Shown here one piece after another: positions 35,445 to 40,925 of a DNA stretch of 40,925 bases. The DNA is from a virus (lineage: Duplodnaviria > Caudoviricetes): positions 1 through 40,925 of the IMG/VR virus record IMGVR_UViG_3300049273_000020; one strand, given 5' to 3'. The stretch's first letter is position 1, and each line of letters starts with the position of its first letter. Below the pieces are notes generated by a model. The model had not been told where the DNA came from and ran no database searches. It worked only from the letters and a program-made list of their open reading frames with translations. Made by a program: the position numbers and the translations under genes.

Positions 35445-35887
35445 CGGGCACCACCAACCTGACGGGTAGCGCGGATCCCGGCGGACAGCAGCAACCCCAT
35501 CACCGCAGACGGCGACAGGTACCGGACGTACTCGCCAACCGGATCCGGGTGGCTGGCCACCCACGACACCCGGCCACGGACCAACGCGGTCACCGTGTCG
35601 TGCGCCGGCCTGGCCATCAGCGCCGCCACCGGCCGGGCCTGCCCGGTCACCGCGATCACCGCGTCAGTGACCGCGCCGAACACGTCCCCCGCGGCGAGCG
35701 GCTGCCGGTTCGGGACCAGCATCACCGCCCTGAACAGCCACGCCGAGTACACGAACCCGGCCTCCAAAGCGGCCGCCCACATGCCCGCGGCCAGCCCGGC
35801 CAGCCTCACGCCGGTCTCCCGGTCGATCAGCGACCCCACATCCACCCGCAGCACCGCAGTCGCGGTTCGCTGTTTCGTCAGTGACAT
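35441..35887 (-). CDS. Hypothetical protein
   Basis: GGGAGG RBS before the ATG; ATGA-coupled downstream. Confidence 0.65.
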   Translation of the reverse strand: MSLTKQRTATAVLRVDVGSLIDRETGVRLAGLAAGMWAAALEAGFVYSAWLFRAVMLVPNRQPLAAGDVFGAVTDAVIAVTGQARPVAALMARPAHDTVTALVRGRVSWVASHPDPVGEYVRYLSPSAVMGLLLSAGIRATRQVGGAR

Positions 35888-35903
35888 CGGTAGAATCCCT
35901 CCC

Positions 35904-36026
35904 GATCCGTTTTCGTCCGGATCTGTTTTGGGTGGGTCCCGGGAGGTTTCGGCACCGTTCCGGGACCCGCTTGTATGTGAGTGGGACCGGGTCCCGCCGC
36001 TGGCCTACGCTCACGGCGGGGCCCGG
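35904..36026 (-). promoter_or_regulatory. Three tandem hairpins in an early-operon intergenic region
   Basis: Stems at 35904-35909/35918-35923, 35934-35944/35958-35968 and 35987-35999/36014-36026. Confidence 0.6.
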
Positions 36027-36030
36027 GGAC

Positions 36031-37650
36031 TCAGGGGCCAGCCGCCAGGCAGCCGGCATCAGCGAGATCACGCACCGCCACCCGGGCATCCGCCGCGCAC
36101 TCCGAGCACCGCGCCGCCTCCACCAGGCGGCCGTAGTGCCGGCGGCGATGCAACGCCGCAGCGACGATCGAGATCTCCCGCAGGAACACCACGTCAGCAC
36201 CGGCAGACCCGTCCGACTGCGTGCGCTCGTCAGTCGCGGTAGTGGTGTGCGCCGCCGCCGCCGCAGCGGACCCGGGCTGGGGGGAAGCCGTGGTCGGGTC
36301 CACTGCGGACGGCAGGCCCACCGGTCCTGGGGGTGGCACCGGTGAGCCATCAGACAGACCATCCGGATCTGCCTGGGCGCTGCCCGTGGGGTCGCCTGTA
36401 GCGAGCACCACTGTTGGGATCGGCGACCCCGCAGACCGGGCGTCCGGCCCGGCCTGCCCTACCGAGCCCGAGGAAGCAACAGGGCTCGGGTGGTCTACGG
36501 GGTCAGCCGGGGCTGGCACGCGCCCGGAACTGGCGGAACCCAGCTGACCCCCGGGGATTGGCATCCCCGCCGACAGGTCATCCGGACCTGCCTGGTCTTC
36601 AGCGTCCCGCTCCGGAGCGGGACGCACGAACTCCGGAGCAACCGCTGCAACGACAGCCGCCCGGTACGCCGGATCCGTCTTGAGGCAGCCCTTGCAGGTT
36701 CCCTCATCGGCCGCGACGTGATCCCCTTCCGGGTCACAGTCACCGCACCGGGTGTACCCGGCCTCCACCTCATCCGCGGCCAGGCCCGCCTCGCACCCGT
36801 CCACCTCACACGACACCGGCTCGTACCTAGTCGGCGACGGCGCATCCGGCTCGCACACCTCACACGCCGTGGCACCGGCCTGCACAGAGTTCACCGGCAG
36901 TTGGGCACCACACCCACAGAACCCGATGCCTTCAGGGGCTTCGTCTTCGGCACTGCCATCCGACGCCGACGCATCGGCGGAACCCTCGACCACCTGGCGG
37001 TCGTTGTAGATAGCCCGCAGCAGTTCGCTAGACCCGTCCACGGCCTCCCACGAGTCCGGACAGACAAACCCCTGCTCAGTCAGGAACCCGTTCGCCCACG
37101 CGACCGCTTCATCACGCGACTCGGCACCACACCCGACCGGCACCTCACCATCGATCCGCAGCGACCATTCCCTGCCCCGGTCCACCGCCAGCCGCGCGGA
37201 CTCCACACGCTCCTGATTCAGGTCGGAGCGCTTCGCCGGACGGGCAGCTGGGTACTGCTTCCCATCCGCACCGGTGATCTCCGCAGGTGCGTCATATGAC
37301 GCACCTGCCAGATCACGGCGAACCGTCGCATCCCCAACACCGAGCGCAGACGCGATTGCCCTGGTCGACAACCCCGCCACCCGCAGCTCCGACACCGCAC
37401 GCTCACGCAACTCGCGCGGCAGCTGGACCCGCTCGGGATTGAACTCAGCAGCCACGTACGCATCCCACGACGCGTACCTCAACGTCACCCAGTCGCGCTG
37501 GTGATGAGCGTCAGCAACGTCTTTGAGCAGATGCGCGAACCCAATGATCCCGAGCCGGATCCGCTCCGCCCGCGCCTCTGCCGTTGCCACCGTCGACGGC
37601 AACGGCTGTACACCATGCGCGCCGCGCAACGACGCAACCTCGAAACTCAT
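36031..37650 (-). CDS. HTH DNA-binding protein with Cys-rich repeats and low-complexity C-terminus
   Basis: WDAYVAAEF...GLSTRAIASALGVGDATVRRDL...GADGKQYP; CGCG, CEVC, CGDC and CSEC motifs. Confidence 0.75.
   Translation of the reverse strand: MSFEVASLRGAHGVQPLPSTVATAEARAERIRLGIIGFAHLLKDVADAHHQRDWVTLRYASWDAYVAAEFNPERVQLPRELRERAVSELRVAGLSTRAIASALGVGDATVRRDLAGASYDAPAEITGADGKQYPAARPAKRSDLNQERVESARLAVDRGREWSLRIDGEVPVGCGAESRDEAVAWANGFLTEQGFVCPDSWEAVDGSSELLRAIYNDRQVVEGSADASASDGSAEDEAPEGIGFCGCGAQLPVNSVQAGATACEVCEPDAPSPTRYEPVSCEVDGCEAGLAADEVEAGYTRCGDCDPEGDHVAADEGTCKGCLKTDPAYRAAVVAAVAPEFVRPAPERDAEDQAGPDDLSAGMPIPGGQLGSASSGRVPAPADPVDHPSPVASSGSVGQAGPDARSAGSPIPTVVLATGDPTGSAQADPDGLSDGSPVPPPGPVGLPSAVDPTTASPQPGSAAAAAAHTTTATDERTQSDGSAGADVVFLREISIVAAALHRRRHYGRLVEAARCSECAADARVAVRDLADAGCLAAGP
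37271..37318. repeat. 26-bp perfect palindrome within a ~48-bp imperfect inverted repeat, inside the HTH gene
   Basis: GCAGGTGCGTCATATGACGCACCTGC at 37283-37308, flanked by GTGATCT and AGATCAC. Confidence 0.9.
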
Positions 37651-37862
37651 GCCACACCGACGGTCGGCCGGGGCGGCGGACCGGTCGGCCCGTTGGGCTT
37701 CTGTATGGGCGTGCCGGGCGCGGTCGGTTTCGCGGACCGGCCGACGTACGGGGCGAGCAGCACCGTGAGCCGGTCGCGCTGCCCGTCGCTAAGAGTCCAT
37801 CCCTTCACGGCCTTAGCACCGGCGGCCGCGATGTCTTCCGGGGTGTACAGGCGGCGGCTCAT
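37647..37862 (-). CDS. Small hypothetical early protein
   Basis: ATGA overlaps on both sides. Confidence 0.65.
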   Translation of the reverse strand: MSRRLYTPEDIAAAGAKAVKGWTLSDGQRDRLTVLLAPYVGRSAKPTAPGTPIQKPNGPTGPPPRPTVGVA

Positions 37863-38113
37863 CGGTCGGCCACCCGCTCGAAAAGCACGTGGATCTCAAC
37901 CCCAAGCGCCGACGCAATCCGTCCCGCGTTCCGCATGCTGGGGGTCTCGCCCCCACGTATCCGCACCAGCGACGCGCGAGGCACTCCAGTCAGGGTGACC
38001 TGACTGTTAATTGTGGGTGCCTGCTTTTGAGCCGCCAGCGCGTCGAACACCTCACGGCGAAGCCGGTAGCGCGGCTCATCTATGAGCTGACGTGTCTGGT
38101 CGGGTCCGGTCAT
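37859..38113 (-). CDS. Cro-like HTH protein (leaderless)
   Basis: TGVPRASLVRIRGGETPSMRNAGRIASALGVEIHVLF; divergent from the repressor. Confidence 0.85.
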   Translation of the reverse strand: MTGPDQTRQLIDEPRYRLRREVFDALAAQKQAPTINSQVTLTGVPRASLVRIRGGETPSMRNAGRIASALGVEIHVLFERVADR

Positions 38114-38282
38114 GAGCCAAACGTAAGGCTCACATGTGGACCCGTCAAGCACATCTGGGGATTTCTTTCGTAGAGGTTGTGCGCTACGGTCTCATTTATG
38201 AGCCCGACAAGTAGGCCGGGAGACAACAGGCCAGCAGGTCACGTACCCTTGGGTCGAACTCGAACCGGCTCATTCTTGAGCC
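38073..38282. promoter_or_regulatory. Five 16-bp operator-like sites, consensus GGCTCA-N4-TGAGCC
   Basis: GGCTCATCTATGAGCT at 38073; GGTCCGGTCATGAGCC at 38103; GGCTCACATGTGGACC at 38127; GTCTCATTTATGAGCC at 38189; GGCTCATTCTTGAGCC at 38267. Confidence 0.8.
38120..38148 (-). promoter_or_regulatory. Early lytic promoter
   Basis: TTGACG, 17-nt spacer, TACGTT, 6 nt, then ATG at 38113. Confidence 0.8.
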
Positions 38283-38317
38283 ATCGTGTGTCTTCGCAGG
38301 TCAGGTACCTTCCAGGC

Positions 38318-38731
38318 GTGAGCCCTGACGATGCGCCGGGTGCCGCGTTCGCGGCCCTCATCAGAGAGGCTCGGGCGCGTGCGCGCATGACTCAAGAGCA
38401 GCTTGTTTACGAATCAGGGGTGAGCCGGGCGACTATCAAGCGGTGGGAGGCGGGTGACGTTGGCTCCCCGCGTCCCGACCAGGTGCGCTCGGTGTGCCAG
38501 GCGCTGGGCATCGATCCCAGGGAGGCCGTCATCGCATTGGGGTTTCTCACCCGCGAGGAAGCTGGCCTGCCGCCGGTCCCGCCACCACCGCAGTACACGC
38601 CAACCGAAGCCGAGATCCTCGAAATTCTCCGCGATCCGCGTGTGCCGCACGACATCAAGTTGGAGTGGCGGGATTACCTCGTCTGGCAGCACCAGCGCAA
38701 GGCGAAGGGTGCGCGCGGACAGGGCGCGTAG
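38318..38731 (+). CDS. XRE-family immunity repressor
   Basis: IREARARARMTQEQLVYESGVSRATIKRWEAG HTH. TACCTT lies 6 nt before GTG at 38318; alternative in-frame ATG at 38198. Confidence 0.88.
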   Translation: MSPDDAPGAAFAALIREARARARMTQEQLVYESGVSRATIKRWEAGDVGSPRPDQVRSVCQALGIDPREAVIALGFLTREEAGLPPVPPPPQYTPTEAEILEILRDPRVPHDIKLEWRDYLVWQHQRKAKGARGQGA

Positions 38732-38901
38732 TAACGCACCGTGACAGCACAGTAGACAGCTTCAACGGCGACCGTTCGCATCGGGGTGACACTCCGAAGT
38801 GGAGGTTGCGCATTCAACCAGGTGGGTGTAGACCCCGAATACTAGGGGTCACAACGGGATCACAGCACGGCCGGGGGGCCTGCGCGCAGGGGGGCAGGGG
38901 C

Positions 38902-39525
38902 ATGAAGCGGCGGTCGGCCACGCCGACGTGGCACGAAACGCAATCTGACTACTACTCAGGGTATTGGAAGGGGTACGCCGACGCATGGGAACAGGCCACC
39001 CGCGATGGACCGCCAGCGATCCGGCCAGCACGACCGCCACACCTACGGCTGGCAGCCAGCGACGGGACGCGACTCATCCCTCCATGCCGGACATCGGCGA
39101 CCGAGCCACAGCCCCCGCGAGCCACCACCACCGTGCCGTGGCGGCGGCTCGCGTGGATCGTCGTGGCGCTCGCCCTGGCGACCGTCGTCGGGGCAGCCGT
39201 GGCGCTGCGCGGTGACGGGACCGACCCGACCCGGACCGGACCACCGAGAGTGGCCGAACGGCCAGCACCGGTCCCCGGTCCGCCCCGCTCCCACGCCATC
39301 CACCAGCGCCCGGACAATATGGACGCGCCCATAACGACCCCGGAGCGGGCACCCCTGCAACCCTCCACAAACCGCCAGCCGTCCAGTGGCACGCCGTCCC
39401 TGAACCCGCCCCCGTCATCCTTACCGAGCACCCCGCCGAGCACATCACCGAGCACATCACCGAGCAGCCCGGCCGGCATCCTCCCCAGCCTCCCAGACCT
39501 CCCAGTGCTCGGTGACGCGGCCTAG
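38902..39525 (+). CDS. Single-pass membrane protein with Pro/Ser-rich C-terminus
   Basis: WRRLAWIVVALALATVVGAAVAL TM segment; lies between repressor and integrase. Confidence 0.65.
   Translation: MKRRSATPTWHETQSDYYSGYWKGYADAWEQATRDGPPAIRPARPPHLRLAASDGTRLIPPCRTSATEPQPPRATTTVPWRRLAWIVVALALATVVGAAVALRGDGTDPTRTGPPRVAERPAPVPGPPRSHAIHQRPDNMDAPITTPERAPLQPSTNRQPSSGTPSLNPPPSSLPSTPPSTSPSTSPSSPAGILPSLPDLPVLGDAA
39424..39471 (+). repeat. Four 12-bp coding tandem repeats (PSTP/PSTS/PSTS/PSSP)
   Basis: CCGAGCA-N5 units at 39424, 39436, 39448 and 39460. Confidence 0.7.
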
Positions 39526-40925
39526 TCGATGGGGACCAGATCGACTGTACGGGGATCGAACCCCGGGCCTTTCCGTCCGGGGAGCACCCGGACCCGCATC
39601 AGATGCTGGACGATGGTCCGCCGGGTGGACAGTGGTAGGTCTTCCCACTGCTCGCGGGTGATGCCGAGACGGGGCGCGAGTACCGCCGCCCGGGTCGACC
39701 CGAGCTGCCGCGAGCGCAGCTCGGTCACCTGCGCGTCGATGCTCTCCAGCCGCTTCGCCAACTCGGCGGGTGTCATCAGCGGCGAACTGTCGAATACGTC
39801 GAGCAGGCCTTTGCGCCGCGCCTCCAACGCGATGATCTGCGCGCCGACGTTCTCTCCCGAGTCAGGGTCACGCGCCAGCCGGTCGACCAGCCCTCGGTCG
39901 TTCAGTAGTTCCACGCACGCGCCGGCCACGTACTCGTCCAGGTGGTGCTGCGACCGGCTTACCCGCCGGGGGCATTCCAGGTTTACGCACAGGTACCCGG
40001 ACCCGTGCTTGCTCTGTTTCATCGGCAGGGGCTCACCGCACGACCCGCATTCCGCGATTGAGGTCAGCAGGTACTTCCGCGCGTTCGTGGTGTACGGGAG
40101 GAACGCCGCTGCCTTCCGCTCCAGGGTCGCGCGCACTGCCTCCCACGTGTCCCGGTCCAGGATCGCCGGCCACGCAGCGGGGCCGACGATCCGCCCATGC
40201 CGTGCCAGCAACCCCGCCAGCCGGGGCCGCAGCATTAGCTTCTTGAGCGCCCCGTGGTCCCACTCGCCATCCGTGGTGGTGCGAAACCCGCGCCTGTTCA
40301 GGTCACGGCAGATCTCCCCGACCGCCTCCCCGGTGAGGATCCGGTCAGCAACCTCCCGGAGCATGTCGGCGTCGGACTGCCGGATGGTCATGCCGTCTGG
40401 CTCGAACCCGAACGCACGACCACCGCGACCGCCTAAACGGCACCTGCCCTGCTCTTCCAGCCGCACGAAATGCCTCTTCAAGCGGCGTGACGTGTTGTCG
40501 CTCTCCCGGCAGTTACCGGCAGCTTCAATTCGGAGGATGTACCGGTCGTCGGGGTTGTCGAGGTTTCGGTCACCAGCCACGGATGCGAGCCGCAGCCGCT
40601 TCTCGTCGGCGATCCGGAGCAGCAGTTCGAGGTCCCACGGCTGCCGGATCAGCCGGTCACCGTGGTACACCACGATCGCATCCACTTCGCCGGCCTCGAT
40701 CGCGGTGAGCATCGCGTCCCATCCATGCCGCCGCCGGCTCCGTCGCCATGCCGACATGGAGTTGTCCTTGTAGACGTGCCGGGGCTGGACCGTCCACCCG
40801 CGCTGGCCAGCAAGTTCTCTGCACAGGCGCTCCTGATCGTCCACCTTCACCGTGTCGCCGAAGCGGGCGAGGCTGATACGGCAGTAGATCGCGGCCCGCA
40901 GTGGACCGGTGGTGCGTGTCGTCAT
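39522..40925 (-). CDS. int: Large serine recombinase (prophage integrase)
   Basis: Catalytic YCRIS and DRLIR motifs, recombinase domain, CGSCG...C...C zinc ribbon and coiled coil. Confidence 0.96.
   Translation of the reverse strand: MTTRTTGPLRAAIYCRISLARFGDTVKVDDQERLCRELAGQRGWTVQPRHVYKDNSMSAWRRSRRRHGWDAMLTAIEAGEVDAIVVYHGDRLIRQPWDLELLLRIADEKRLRLASVAGDRNLDNPDDRYILRIEAAGNCRESDNTSRRLKRHFVRLEEQGRCRLGGRGGRAFGFEPDGMTIRQSDADMLREVADRILTGEAVGEICRDLNRRGFRTTTDGEWDHGALKKLMLRPRLAGLLARHGRIVGPAAWPAILDRDTWEAVRATLERKAAAFLPYTTNARKYLLTSIAECGSCGEPLPMKQSKHGSGYLCVNLECPRRVSRSQHHLDEYVAGACVELLNDRGLVDRLARDPDSGENVGAQIIALEARRKGLLDVFDSSPLMTPAELAKRLESIDAQVTELRSRQLGSTRAAVLAPRLGITREQWEDLPLSTRRTIVQHLMRVRVLPGRKGPGFDPRTVDLVPID

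Larger units (their letters stand above)
2528..40925. mobile_element. Temperate siphovirus-like prophage (integrase to lysis cassette); may extend left to include 1..2282
   Basis: Complete ordered set of integrase, repressor/cro, early, packaging, head, tail and lysis genes with no obvious disruption. att sites not identified. Confidence 0.95.

Noticed and set aside
38806-38834. Promoter TTGCGC-17-TAGACC for the membrane protein gene
   Set aside because: The -10 lacks the conserved final T; too weak to call without TSS data.

Overview
This window is an apparently complete temperate siphovirus-type prophage from a high-GC actinomycete. A Micromonosporaceae-like host is my inference only. Most genes are on the minus strand. 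From right to left: a large serine integrase; an immunity switch (XRE repressor and divergent Cro-like gene, with five 16-bp GGCTCA-N4-TGAGCC operator-like sites); an early region of small translationally coupled genes (HTH protein with an internal 26-bp palindrome, HNH/replication-initiator-like protein with iteron-like repeats, DEDDh exonuclease, DUF4326-like protein); a late promoter and terminator; HNH, candidate cos, TerS, TerL, portal, MuF-like, scaffold and capsid genes; neck and tail genes with a -1 frameshifted chaperone; then the lysis cassette. At the left end is a plus-strand cassette (metzincin protease, HTH plus helical-repeat regulator, two micro-ORFs) that may or may not belong to the prophage. 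The most notable oddities are a signal-peptide-less PhoD-family phosphoesterase coupled inside the tail-tip module, an Acb2/Tad1-like small protein and a DNA methyltransferase inside the lysis cassette, an internal restart in the endolysin, and antisense leaderless morons. All product calls come from motifs and synteny read by eye; no database searches were run.
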